Numbered from the whole stretch's first letter, positions 1 through 12,181 are shown. The stretch: DNA of 63,732 nucleotides, filler included, from Reclinomonas americana ATCC 50394 (GCA_048213135.1; 16 parts of 16 records of this genome joined end to end with filler, not necessarily neighbours in it); one strand, 5' to 3'. Program-made: numbers and translations. The notes: generated by a model from the sequence alone, not told the origin.

Positions 1-1410
1 GAAGGTGTTCTTCGAGTTTTGGTACTGCACGCGGATCATTAGCAACGCGGGCAAGAGCGGGATGGAGCGGGAAACAACAACGACGCAACTCCCCACGCGG
101 CGCCAGCAATCGTGCAGATAATGACACACAGCAGGAGGTAGCCAAAGACAGAGCCGACGAGCAAGTTCATCGCCCTGTCGATCTTGCCGAGCTTGTGGCG
201 GACCTTGCCAGTGGCGTTCTGTCGGGCAATCTTCGAGTCGGCGCCCGTGTAGCAAGCCACGCCAATCACCCACTCCGTGTTGCGCAGCACGCATTCCTTG
301 GTATCACAAGAGACAGCAAATAAGTGAGAAGAGAAAGAGCGCGTGTGGCGGACAGTTCTTCCGCTCGGGACGAAACTCGGAGCAAGAGATTGTTGATGGA
401 GATCGATTCGCCGACTTGGGTCGCCGGGTACGAGCGATAAAAGGCGGAGTCGAACTTGCGCAGATCACGATTCGGCAACTCGCACTTGATGAAGCCTGCG
501 CGCACGTCGGCACAATGTCACAATCACCGTCAACATGATCAAACGCCATCGAACTCGAACAAAAGAATCGGCAAAAATGACAATCATCACCCCGCTTCTC
601 TCCATCTCTCTCCCCTCTCGCACACATCACCAGGGACATCTTGCTCTCCACGCGCGCATAGACACACAAAAAATGAGAAAACACCGAATCAACGCACCCT
701 GGAAGCTCGCCTGCTGGTCCGGCTGCAGCGTGCGGGTCATCACAAAAGAATCCTTGCGTTTCAAGTTCGTTTCGCCATCGAGATCGGCCGTGTCGACATA
801 CGAGATGCCACCACGATCCGACGAGCCAAACGCCAGCACGTCGGCCGGCACCTTCTCGTCGCGTCGAATGCGAACCACATCACCGAGTTTCAACTGACAC
901 GCACAGCGAGAGAGAAAAGAGAGTGAGTGAGTGGGTGTGATTGGACACACATTCCTCCGCGCAGACGATTGTGTGCACCACACACACCTCCTGCCACACA
1001 ATGCGCTCCCAGTGCTTCTCTCGCCACACCTCCACCACGCGATTGTTCACAGCCTTGTCCAAACGATGTCGCTTCTGCTCACACACACGCGCGCGCGGGG
1101 GGAAAGCGAGATATCAGTGTGTGTGCGCACGCCTTTTGAGAGAGAGAGAGAAAGAGAGTGGACGCACCCAGTCCTCAATGCCATCCTTCAGCGCAGTCAC
1201 CGCCAACACAAACACGAGTGGTGCAATGGACGACGCGGGACCCACTTGCGAAACCGACGGGAACGATGTCAGAATCGCAATGAGCAGGAAGTACACGCTG
1301 CGCGCAAGAGACAGAGGCCACACAGTGAGCACAAGAGACGGAGAGAGAGAGTTGTGTGAACAGCAACTTGGCAGGTCGCTGAAACTGTCTCCACAAGTTG
1401 AGCGGCAGAC
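1..1410 (-). CDS. P4-type ATPase (phospholipid flippase), partial, multi-exon
   Basis: Spliced exons give LPLNLWRQFQRPANVYFLLIAIL, PLVFVLAVTALKDGIEDW, GDVVRIRRDEKVPAD, YVDTADLDGETNLK and LRNTEWVIGVACYTGADSK, all P4-ATPase motifs. Both ends are truncated. Confidence 0.95.
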
Positions 1411-1781
1411 TGCACACACACACGCACGTTAAACAAAACACACACACGCGCGCGCATGCACACACGACGCAGCACACGACGCAACAATGACCTGCACACG
1501 AAAAGCACACGACGCGCGCGGCGAAAGTNNNNNNNNNNNNNNNNNNNNNNNNNNNNNNNNNNNNNNNNNNNNTTAATTAATTAANNNNNNNNNNNNNNNN
1601 NNNNNNNNNNNNNNNNNNNNNNNNNNNNGGGCCCGGCGCTGCCCGGTAATACCACGCTTGTGTGTTGCGGCGGCGGGCGCGCACCACTCATCGATCTTCT
1701 TCTGTGACAGTTCGGCGCGGCTCGCGCTCAACCGGAGGGACAAATGAGTTTTTCGCGGAAATCGGAATTCGAATGGCCCAG

Positions 1782-2628
1782 CAACAACAACAACATTGAT
1801 CCAAACGGCAACACAGCTGCGTGATAGTCTACCATCTTGAGAGAGCATCGGGCCAGCTGCAGAATCTGAGACATCAACGAAAAAAGTGAGAAACAGTCGA
1901 GATGCTGTAATGCTGGCGTTTCTGTTTGGTTGTGATGGTGTGCGGATGGTGGTGTTTGGTTCTGTGCTGGGCGTGTGGAGCAGTGGCGGCAGCGGTGCAC
2001 GTGGCGACTGCACATGTTCGTGTTCGATTTTTTCGCGATCGAGTGAATATCGGCGGACACGTTTCGTGTCGGCGGACTAGATGGTGGATCGTGTACACGA
2101 GCAGGGGGTTTAGAGGCTAGCAGTAGCATGTGTTGCATTCGTTGCTTTACCACCATTTCGGCGTCAGATCAGCCACTTTGCATTGAATTGTTCGCGGATT
2201 TTTTCTTTTTTCTGTTTGTACAACGTTTTTGTTTTTGCTCCTCGTTCGCAGCAGCAGAAAGAGGGAAGTTCCGCCGTTCTATCCAGTCGTACTTGTCGGC
2301 AACTAACCTTGGGAGCTTTAGTCGGCAGACTGCAGTTCTCCATGGCCATGGTCCGAGTACAGAATTCGAACCATGCAGAATTTTGCCAGCGTCAACAACA
2401 ATTCATGCACCATCAAACTATGCTTCTGTCCTCGAGACCGCTGATTGTGTTGATGTCTCGGATACATGATCGTCAAGACAGCTGTTGCCTGTTTGCTGGA
2501 AAGGAAACTTCCATCTCGACTTTTTCTCGCTTTTTTCCGAAATGTCTGAGTTTCTGGTGCTCTCTCAAGACGGTGATCATCATGCAGCTGTGTTGCTGTT
2601 TGGATTAGTAAAGTTGTTGTTGTTGTTG
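1782..2628. repeat. Imperfect ~120 bp inverted repeat pair (arms 1782-1904 and 2512-2628) around a ~600 bp spacer; foldback/MITE-like
   Basis: The left arm (caacaac..atccaaacggcaacacagctgc..tcttgagagagca..gaaaaaagtgagaaacagtcgagatg) aligns to the reverse complement of the right arm (caacaac..atccaaacagcaacacagctgc..tcttgagagagca..gaaaaaagcgagaaaaagtcgagatg). Confidence 0.85.
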
Positions 2629-2646
2629 TACAACTCCTTTGCGCAT

Positions 2647-3144
2647 TCACTTCGTCAAAATAGCTCTGGCCAGTGGCACGGCAAACGGCACACACGGCGT
2701 GGTCATCTCATCGGTGAGCAGCAGGCGATAGCCAGAGGGGCCCATGCGTTGCAGTTGCTCGCCGCGACCGTCGGTCGGCAAAAACGTGGTGGCGTCGAAT
2801 TCACGACCTGTGGCGTCGTCGCACGTGTAAAAGTCGGCGCGCACCGTCTCCAAGTCTGCAACACAAAAAAAAGGGAACGGACGTTAGCAATCAAACTTTG
2901 CATTCTTTTCTCTATCTACCCTACCAAGGAGGGAACGCAACATTGGTGCTGATTCGGGGTCAGTTCGCAGTACAACGACTCGTGCTGCTCGTCGTCCTGT
3001 CGCGCCACCAGCATGTAACTCGGACGCGGGAACAGCTCGCCATCGGAGAACACGGGTGACACTTGCACGAGGTGCAGACTGAGGAACTGCGACACGTAGA
3101 GCCAGTCCTGCCGCGTAATGGTGCGCATGAAGCCGTTCATGACG
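2647..3144 (-). CDS. Hypothetical protein, last two exons
   Basis: ORFs 2916-3140 and 2647-2853 join in frame through an intron T|GTTGCG(2941)...TGCAG|AC. No family recognised. Confidence 0.6.
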
Positions 3145-3244
3145 NNNNNNNNNNNNNNNNNNNNNNNNNNNNNNNNNNNNNNNNNNNNTTAATTAATTAA
3201 NNNNNNNNNNNNNNNNNNNNNNNNNNNNNNNNNNNNNNNNNNNN

Positions 3245-5232
3245 AATGAACGCAACAGCAAGAGTGCCGGTGCCTCGCTGCACTTGCTCCACCGGCAGCT
3301 TGCGATATCGGTAGCCGACACGCCCGAAGCGCAGCACCACCTCCTCCTCACCCTCCTCCTCTTCACGCTCCTGCTCAAAACTGCCCTTCATGCGCACCTC
3401 GGGTCCGAACGAGGCGTCGGCCTGCACACGCCTGCGACTCGGCGACGACTTGCGCCGCGAGGAGGAGGGCGACGTGGGCGACGTGGGCGAACCGGCACCG
3501 CGCGCGCCACCAAATGCACCGTGCAAGTCACTGAAGCGCAGCGGCCCGACGCTGCCGCGCATGGAGCCACCGAGCGAGTCGCGCCGCGACTGCAGCGTTC
3601 GCTGATACCTCTCAATCAGTGCGTCCTCCTGCTCCACCGTCAACAGACGAGTGGACGAGGTCGACGAGCTGCCCAGTGACGCGGTACTGCTGTTCGACTG
3701 CACCGAGCCAACGGTGAATGGTCGACGAGCGGTGCCGTTGCCACGATCCAGCTGCTGCTGCTGCTGCTGCAGCTGCTGAAGCTCCGTGGCCTCATCCTGC
3801 AGCTGCGGCGGCACCTGCAATGGCGAGTGCTGGCGATCTGGGTCCACATCAATGATCTCGCCGTCGTCCGCCATGCGTGATAGCTCATCTGCGATGCGGT
3901 CGGCCGTCTCCACATCCAGCCGGAGTCCGTCCGCCAGCGTCACCTATTGCGATAAATCAGCCAACAGACTGGCGGAAAACCTCGAAGGAAGACAGAGGTA
4001 GCACGGAACCGCTTCAGTCTGGCGCGTTCGGGAAAACACCGGCGAGTCCGCCATCAGTAGCCGCTCGCCCAAATCTGTGCTTGCTTGCACTCGGTGAGAA
4101 TGAGGAGTCGACTGTGTCGGCCTGAAAATGTAGCGCTCACCGTCGCCGTCGTCCCATGAATTGTCGAGGTATCGCAAACGGTTGCGCAGCACATGCATTT
4201 GCACGAGCACAAAGCCGGCGTGCTACACAAGAGACGACAGTGAGGCAATGGTAGGCGTCACGACGACAAACAAAAGCACGCAACCTCCTCGCTGACATTG
4301 TAAAAGTCGTCGGCCGTGAGGAACATGGGATGGCGCACAAACGACAACGCATCGACCGCCATGCGCAGATTATGCAAGCAGTGCTTCGGCAGGCGCGGCT
4401 GCGTGAACACCGACGACAGCTGCAGCGCCGAGTCCGAGTAGAAGCGATGCACGAGGCCACACAGCACGCGACCATCGCGCAACTCACGCGACAGGCCCAC
4501 CGATCCCTCTACATTTGTGCGAGGTGTTGAGTGCACGCGGCGTCAGCAGGAGAGGAGGAGGGATTAGAGAGGCACCTTCGGCCAGCAAGCCCACTTGCAT
4601 GCGATACGCCGCCAAACTGCGATTCAGCCACTGAATGATTTCGTCGTGCGCCCGCTGTGCAGTCGCTCGCATGAGACGGAGAGTGGAGAGCGAAGGGGCG
4701 AACGAGGGGGGAATGGTGCCACTCCACCTCGGCAGGCAACAGAAAGTACAGCCGAAAGATCTCGTAATACAAGCGAACCACTGGCTCATCGGCACCATAA
4801 AACTCCTCTGGCCTGCACGGCACACACACACACACACATGAGAATGATGACACGTGCATGTATGCGCGTGTGTGTGTGCATGCAAACGCAACGTGCACAG
4901 CGCGCGCGTGTCGACTGCACTACCCCAACGCTTCCGCAAATGCACCGTCACCTCACGCACATTCAACATGCGATCTGTGCACACGGTGAGCGCGCGCCAA
5001 CGAGAGCAAGTCACGCACACGCACACGCACCTGCATTAGTGACTGGCTCCTCCACACAATCCACCGCCTGCACCAACAGCTCGCCATCCACACGCCTGCA
5101 CACGCGCACCAGCAACGCAGCGCCTCCACTGCGCGACTCGTGCACAAAGTCGCCCTCTCCGCCGTCGACTTGCACACTCACCAGCGACGCCACCCACTGA
5201 TGCAGAAGCGCACGCAGACGCGCATCGCTCAT
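3245..5232 (-). CDS. Calponin-homology (CH) domain protein, 3' end truncated
   Basis: EIIQWLNRSL...SRELRDGRVLCGLVHRFY...CLHNLRMAVDALSFVRHPMFLTADDF is CH-like. An N-terminal LLHQWVASL...FVHESRSGGAALL segment may be a second, degenerate CH domain. A low-complexity tail follows. Confidence 0.7.
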
Positions 5233-5347
5233 GATGAAAACGAGACGACCAAAGTGTGTGGGCATGGATCGACTGATGCCGAGTTGAACTTCGTGGACGG
5301 ATTCTCGACCAAAGTCGTTTCGGGGTGCTTGTTTTGTTGTTGTCGCC

Positions 5348-5736
5348 ATGAGCAATCGTGAGATGGATGAGGAGATCCGCAAGGCGGAGGCCAAGTTGCG
5401 CGCGTTTGGCGTCAATGCGTCGGGTGATCGCAGTTGCGTGTCATGACTGGAGGAGTGACTTTCATCTTTCACACTCTCACGCTCTCTCTGTGTGCGTGTG
5501 TGTGCGCGCGCAGCCAAGGTGCTTCCGCCTGCGCCTCCCACTGCAGGCTCTGCGGCTGTTGCGTGCGCGCTTTATTTTTCCATTGTTATATCAATCATGA
5601 CTTACACACACGCACACTCTCTTTCCATCTCTCTCTCTGTTTAGGGACGAGGAGGCGCACCGGCAGCGAGACCAACAGCGCCGCCGCGAGTTGAGTCGTC
5701 TGTGGCGCGCGCGGAACATTTTCACTTGTCAATACG
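5348..5736 (+). CDS. Hypothetical protein, 5' exons (MSNREMDEEIRKAEAKLRAFG...)
   Basis: ATG at 5348; two GTTGCG..AG introns keep the frame open up to the contig end. Confidence 0.5.
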
Positions 5737-5837
5737 NNNNNNNNNNNNNNNNNNNNNNNNNNNNNNNNNNNNNNNNNNNNTTAATTAATTAANNNNNNNN
5801 NNNNNNNNNNNNNNNNNNNNNNNNNNNNNNNNNNNNA

Positions 5838-7482
5838 GCAGCGGCGGGCGATGTGGCCACGCTGGAGCAAACACGCCAGATGCTCACAAAGGTGCGAAAC
5901 AAATGGCGGATCACGCCAGTCGTCATCTTTGTCTCTGACGCCCCTCACAGGAGTGCGACTCGCTGCGCACAATCTACCGCCTGATCGAGGCCGAGGTCAA
6001 CAAGAAGAAGGAGGAGAAGGCGGCGGAGACGGCGGCGTGTGAACAGCAGCGTGCAATTTTCCGTGCCCTGGAAGCCGAGGTGGCCAAGAAGCAGAGCGAG
6101 GCCTCATCGGTGGCGGCTGTGTCGCGCGAGGAGGAGAATCGACTGCGCACGCAGCTGCACGAGGCCACCACTCGCATCGCTGGCCTCGAGCGTGACACGC
6201 AAGCGCTGCGATCGGTTCGTGCACCCCCTTTTCCCATCTGCTGCACATGCGGTTCGCTGATGTTTTCTTTGTCGGAGTACAGCAAGCGGCTGAATTGCAG
6301 GCGGGCAAAGACGTGCTGGTGTCGCAAGTCCAACAACTGCAGGGCCACCTTGCACGCGAACAGGCGCACGTGGCGACGCTGCAGGCGGTACGTGATGCTG
6401 GGTATGTTATGTCCAACTCTCCACTTCTCACACTTCGCCACAGCATGCATCACAACAAGAAGAGTCGGCGGCCCTGCAGCAGCAACTGGCGACGCTGGAG
6501 GCAAAGTTGGACAGTGTGTGGAAGGTGTGCTTGGCACTCATTTTTTCCCTCTCTCCTTTTCATACCCCCTCATCACTCGTCGCAGGAGCGTGACCGCATC
6601 ATGGTCGAGAAGGAGCACGCTGTGGCGGATTGTGCGCGTCACGAGGCCACCATTGCACGACTGGAGGCTGAGGTGAGCAGCGTGCGTGCCGAGGTGCAAC
6701 AGGCCGCCGCAGCCGCGGATGCCACCGAGCAGCTGGCGGCGCTCAGCGCGGCACGCGACGCGGCCGAGATGCGCGCGCAGACGGCACGTGTGACGCTGGA
6801 TGCCACCGAAGCGCAGCTGAAGGCACTGACAGCGCGCATGGAGGCCGCCGAAGCGCGTGCCGAGTCGCTGCAGGCGGACCTGGAGCGCGCACGCGACGAC
6901 ATTGTTGGGTGGTCGGAGGCGTATGCCGAGGTGCGAATACCGCACTGTGGCGATTCTTATGTGCGTGTGTTTTTTCCTGACATGCATGCTCGCGAAGCTG
7001 GACGAGACACTGAAGGCGACGACGGCGGCGTCTGGAGCGGTGAGCGCCCCGCCACCCGCACCCGTCATTGACCCGGCGTTGGTGGAGGAGTTGCGCGCCA
7101 CCAAGGAGGAGCTGGAGTCGGTGAAGGCGGAATTGTCGAAAGCCAACGAGGTAAGACACACAACTGGGGGAAGTGGGACATGATTGACACGGCATGTGGC
7201 TGAAACTCACGCGAATATTTGCAGGATCTGGGCTCGTGGGCGCTGGCCTACGACGAGCTCAAATCGGAGAAGGAGACTGGCGACGCCACCGCCAACGCCC
7301 GCATTGCCGAGCTCGAGGCCTCGTGCACGCAGCTGGAGGAGTCGCTGCGCACGGCCACCACAGTTGCGTCTCGACGACGACGACGGATGAGGAAATGTGT
7401 ACATCTCACTCGTGCGTATGTACAGGACCTGCATGCGTGGTCGGCGGCGTACGAGGAACTGCAGAAACAAGTGTCGCAGTGA
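5838..7482 (+). CDS. Long coiled-coil protein, 3' part
   Basis: Multiple E/A/L/R-rich heptad exons joined by short GT-AG introns; stop TGA at 7480-7482. Confidence 0.8.
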
Positions 7483-7946
7483 TCTTCGCAATTTTTATTT
7501 GTCTCATCGAGAAACGGCTCGGAAAAATACACGAGAGTTGCATGAACCGTTGTCCTCGCCCGGGCGTGCCTGCACGTACACACACACATATTCGACACAC
7601 ACACTCTGGAGGCAGTGGTGCAACACACAGAGGAGAGAGAGAGAGGCGGTGGCAGCAGAGCTGAAGAGAGAGAGAGAGGCGAGAAGCCGTTCGTTCGAAA
7701 ATCGCAGTCAGTCGGTTGACATTCACACAATCATCGGAGCAAAGTGGAGCGAAAGTCGCCACCTTCTTTCACTCTCTCTCCCTCCCACAAGCTCTCACCA
7801 GCTCCTCGTTATCCCCCCCGCTCCCGCCTACCCCCCCACCCAACTCCACTCTTCACCAGGAGGAAAAAAGTGCGTGTGATCGCGCACATGATCGTCACAC
7901 CGACTCTCACTCACTCACTCACACTCTTGCGCTCACTTTTTCCAGC

Positions 7947-8151
7947 ATGTTTGACGATCGCCGCTCAAGTGCCTCGAGTGTAGACTCGCTTCCGACCGCC
8001 GCGCGACCAACCGTGCTGGTCACTGGAGGCGCGGGATACATTGGCAGTCACNNNNNNNNNNNNNNNNNNNNNNNNNNNNNNNNNNNNNNNNNNNNTTAAT
8101 TAATTAANNNNNNNNNNNNNNNNNNNNNNNNNNNNNNNNNNNNNNNNNNNN

Positions 8152-8190
<39 letters not shown>

Positions 8191-9010
8191 AGTCTCAGTT
8201 CACTCTCGTACTCTGCTGTACTTCTCCTTACAAAGAAGATCCGTACATTATCTTGGGAGACGAGGACTATGTGTTGCAGAGGGAGGAGGGAGAGTGTTTG
8301 TGTGTTCGCGAGGCCGGAGGGAGGGAGATTGCATGTCACAAGGAGTTGATTGCTTACCACCTCCTTTCTCCAATCACAAAACAGTCCTCGACAAGTACCG
8401 CCAGGTGCACGGCTTCCAGTACTGCATCTTCCGCTTCTTCAACGTGGCCGGCGCGACGCCGGAGTACTCGCTGGGAGACCGCAACTGCATGTTGCACTTG
8501 GTGCCGATTGTGTTGCGCTGTGCACTGGAGCACAAACCGTTCAGTCTGTTTGGGGAGGACTATGCCACCCGCGACGGATCGTGTGTGCGTGACTATTTGC
8601 ACCCGATGGATGTGGCGAATGCGCATGTGCTCGGACTGGATTGGATGCTGCGCAGCGGACCGAGTGGCGAATCGCTGCCCTTCAATCTCGGCACCGGCGA
8701 GGGTCTCACAGTGAAGGAGGTCATCAAGGCGGCGGAGGTGGTCACTGGCCGCCCCGTGGATGTGGTGCGCGGGCCGCGGCGACCAGGCGACGTGGAGGCG
8801 GTGTTTTGCGACCCCTCCCGCGCCCAGCGTGTGCTCGGATGGAAGGCGCAGCAGTCGTCGATTGAGCAGATTGTGCGCACCGAGCTGGAGTTCCAGGAGA
8901 AGCAGCGGGCGGAGAAGCGGCGTGCGGAGGCGTTTTCGCCCAACGCTGCCGACAGCGAGCCGGCGCTGCTGCGCGACGAGCGAGATGCCATGTCACCAAC
9001 ACGGACGTGA
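7947..9010 (+). CDS. galE: UDP-glucose 4-epimerase (GalE-like extended SDR), split by an assembly gap
   Basis: VLVTGGAGYIGSH lies before the gap. FRFFNVAGA, FGEDYATRDGSCVRDYLHPMDVANAH, FNLGTGEG, RRPGD and LGWKA lie after it. Confidence 0.9.
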
Positions 9011-9552
9011 GCAACGCAACTACTAGAAATATGATGTGTGTGGATCGCCAGCAGCCTTTGGATTGCGAAGGGGCGTGTCTGTGCGGTGGGTGCTTTTTTT
9101 CTTGGGTTCGTTTGTTTTTTTTTATTATGTGTGTGCGTGTGTGTCCGTCCCACCAACTGAGAAAGAGAAAGGAGAAGAAAAGGTAGCAACAAAAACAGGC
9201 GTGAGAGTCTTTTATTACGAAACAAGAGGAAGTAAAACTTGGCGGAACTGCTAGAAACGGCTTTGTCACTTCGCGCAAAGCGTCTCTGAATTCGTCTCGG
9301 GTAGGCATACAAGATGGCAATCATACGATGCGCTTATGCGTAGCGGCGAAGATCGCAGTTCTCGCGATCGACTTGTTCGAAGCTCCGCAGCGATCGCGAG
9401 AGCGAACACATGCACAAGAAAACCTGCGGCCCCTGCTCTGAAGACTGGTGAGNNNNNNNNNNNNNNNNNNNNNNNNNNNNNNNNNNNNNNNNNNNNTTAA
9501 TTAATTAANNNNNNNNNNNNNNNNNNNNNNNNNNNNNNNNNNNNNNNNNNNN

Positions 9553-9834
9553 AGATCTGCCGGCCAACCCGGAAGTGGCCTCGATGATGCTCGGCAATCC
9601 CTTCCAATTCGAAACCGTGTGCCGTCAGTGGACCGAGAAGTTTGCGTCGTCGGCGCAGCGCGCCAAGCACCACAGATCGGTGCTGGAGGTTGCCAAGCGC
9701 GCGCTGACTGCATCGGGTTCACCTGACAGGTGTGCTGCATCAGAATCTCACACAATCGTTTTTCCCCCGCTGTGTGCTCACGCACTACTGCACGCAGGGC
9801 CGTAGCAGAGAGCGTCATAGAATCACCAAAGTAA
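9553..9834 (+). CDS. Ubiquitin-conjugating enzyme (E2)-like protein, C-terminal end
   Basis: DLPANPEVASMMLGNPFQFETVCRQWTEKFA resembles the UBC C-terminal helices. One intron; TAA at 9832-9834. Confidence 0.65.
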
Positions 9835-9906
9835 AGTAGTAATGGGTTAAAAAAAAAGGACAGCAAGTTTACGGGTGGCTGTCGCGCGTGCATGCACACA
9901 TGCAGT

Positions 9907-11721
9907 CTACTTGCCGTGCGCCTCGCGATTCATACGCAAAATCTCACCGGGCGACGGCAACGGCTTTCCGTCGGTAGGTTTCCTGTTCGCGCGCAGCACG
10001 TCACCGGGGCTGGCATATGGCCGCTGCTGGAACAATGGGCCTGTGGCAGTGCTGTCGGCGGCATGAGTGGGCGAGCCCTGGCCCATGCCCCAGGAGCCAC
10101 GCGGAGCGTCCGAGTATGCGCTCGGATCCATGGGGTCCACTTCTTCAGCGGCGGCCGCTGCTCCACCGGCAGGACGCCGACGCGGTACGGGATCTGCAGA
10201 ACACACCTTTGGTATAAGCAGCGAGCTTTATGGTCAGCGAATACTTGTGCCCTCACACACCTCGCCGCGGCTCCCTCGACGCGTCACTGGCTGCGCTCTT
10301 GCCGGCAGTGCGCTCGTCCACACGCGGCATGGGTCGCACGCCGGGTTCCTGTGGGCGTTCCCACTTGGCCTCTCCCGTGTACACTGTGATGGGCGACGTC
10401 AGAGCCTGCTCCCCTTCCCATGTCGCCCCAACCAAGTCGCGCACCGTTAAAGTAATACGGGTATTGAGTGGTGGGGTCGAGTCGCTCCTCCCAGCCCTCT
10501 GGCAACGGCTCGCCTGCCGCACCGCCCACCGCTGGTGTCGCCCCTGCTGCTGCTGCCGCCGCCTGCTGACTCGCCAGGTATTGCTGGTGTTGCCAGGCGG
10601 CCTGCTGCTGCTGCTGCTGCGCGAGCATCATCTGATGGTGCTGATGTTGCAGGTGCTGCTGATGCGCCTGCGCCGCCTGCTGCAGCTCACGATGCTTCTC
10701 GTCCACATCCTTGCGCTCCCACACACTGGTGTTGCTCGTCGCGTGATAATAGTACGTCAGTCGCGATCCCGGGTCCACATGCGCCGTCCAACCCGGCGGC
10801 AGCTCGTCCTCCTGCACCACCCCACCCGCTGAGTCTAGCATGCTCGCGCGCGCATCGCCGGTGAACTCGACGCTACTCACCGGCTTTACACGCTTCTGGA
10901 GCGGTTCGTCCTCGGCCGCCTCCTCGCTTGGTCTCTTGCCGGTGGTCTCCAGCAACTCACCACAATCCGCAATGACCACTGGCGTGTGCGGCTTGTCGTT
11001 CGCTCCCGTCGGCACCTTCTCCACTCGACGCACCACATCAAAGCCCTCGACCACCCGCCCAAACACCACGTGTTTGCCGTCCAGATGACGACACGCACGG
11101 CCACTCGTCACAATGAAAAACTGTGAGCCGTTCGTGTTGGGCCCCGCATTCGCCTGCCACTCAGCATGAGCCATCCACACAGCTGCCGAAAGGTCACCCG
11201 ACAACACCACCCACCATGCTCAACACAAAGTCCTGATGCTTGTGGATAAAGTTCTCGTCTGCATTCCAGCTCAGTCAAGTGCATGCATACTGTGTGCGTG
11301 CGTGCGTGTGTGACTGCACTGACCGGCAAACTTGGCACCATAGATGGACTCGCCTCCAGTGCCATTCTTCTTGGAAAAGTCACCACCTTTTGAGCAACAG
11401 ACAACATGATGAGCACCATCTCAACTCAATCATCATCACAAATGCAACCTTGCAACATGAAGCCATCAATGATGCGATGAAACGGGCATCCCTTGTAATG
11501 CAGCGGCTTTCCTGTCGTTCTGCCCACACCTCGCTCACCCGTGCACAAGGCGCGAAAGTTCTCCGACGTCTTGGGTGTGTCGGCAAACAACTCAAACACA
11601 ACGCGACCCTCCACTGACACATGCAAAGAGAGTGTGAGTGTGAGAGGAGATGCACAGAGAGGGGAAGGAGAGGCTGTGCACCATCGCCCATGCGGATGTC
11701 GAAGAACACTCGGCGTGCCAT
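9907..11721 (-). CDS. Cyclophilin PPIase - WW - WW - PQBP1-type C-terminal domain fusion protein
   Basis: Cyclophilin motifs [67 protein letters not shown]. Two WW domains (LPPGW..YYY..SVWER; LPEGW..YYFN..AKWERP). C-terminus [16 protein letters not shown]...[22 protein letters not shown]. The introns checked by hand keep the frame. Confidence 0.92.
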
Positions 11722-11777
11722 TGTTGACAGAGTGACGGAGCAGACAGACTCGCGCTGTACTGTCTCACTGTGGAAGG

Positions 11778-12145
11778 ATGAAGAGCAGTGGAAGTGGCGC
11801 AGACACACTGCGACCGCTCACTGAGTCGCTGCTGACTCACCCAGGTCGACCACTGCTCTTTGTTGTCTGCGTCTGTGTGAGTGTGCGTCACACTCATCAT
11901 TATGTGTGATGCAGACGCGAGAACAGAACGTGGCGCGCGATATCAGGCGTCTCCGCGGCGACGAGGACCACAGACTGATGTGGAGCTCACAGAGAGACAG
12001 CGGGGAGGCGACGGGGAGGAGGATGCAGACGAGAATGCATTCCGGTCGCCTGTGGACACGGATGAGGGCGATCAGCCGGAAGAACTGCAGAGATTACTCG
12101 TGCTGCGCAAGACCGTGGTGGGCGATGATGAGGTGGAGGATGATG

Positions 12146-12181
<36 letters not shown>

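Noticed and set aside
1529..1628. Recurrent N-run + TTAATTAATTAA + N-run, about 20 times in the window
   Set aside because: Artificial contig linker with stops in all six frames; not biological.
7860..7949. Splice-acceptor-like CAG just before several start codons (GalE, Mpv17, HMG), suggesting spliced-leader trans-splicing
   Set aside because: Plausible upstream cis donors exist (e.g. GTGCGT near 7870, GTAAGT near 47694), so 5'-UTR introns explain them.
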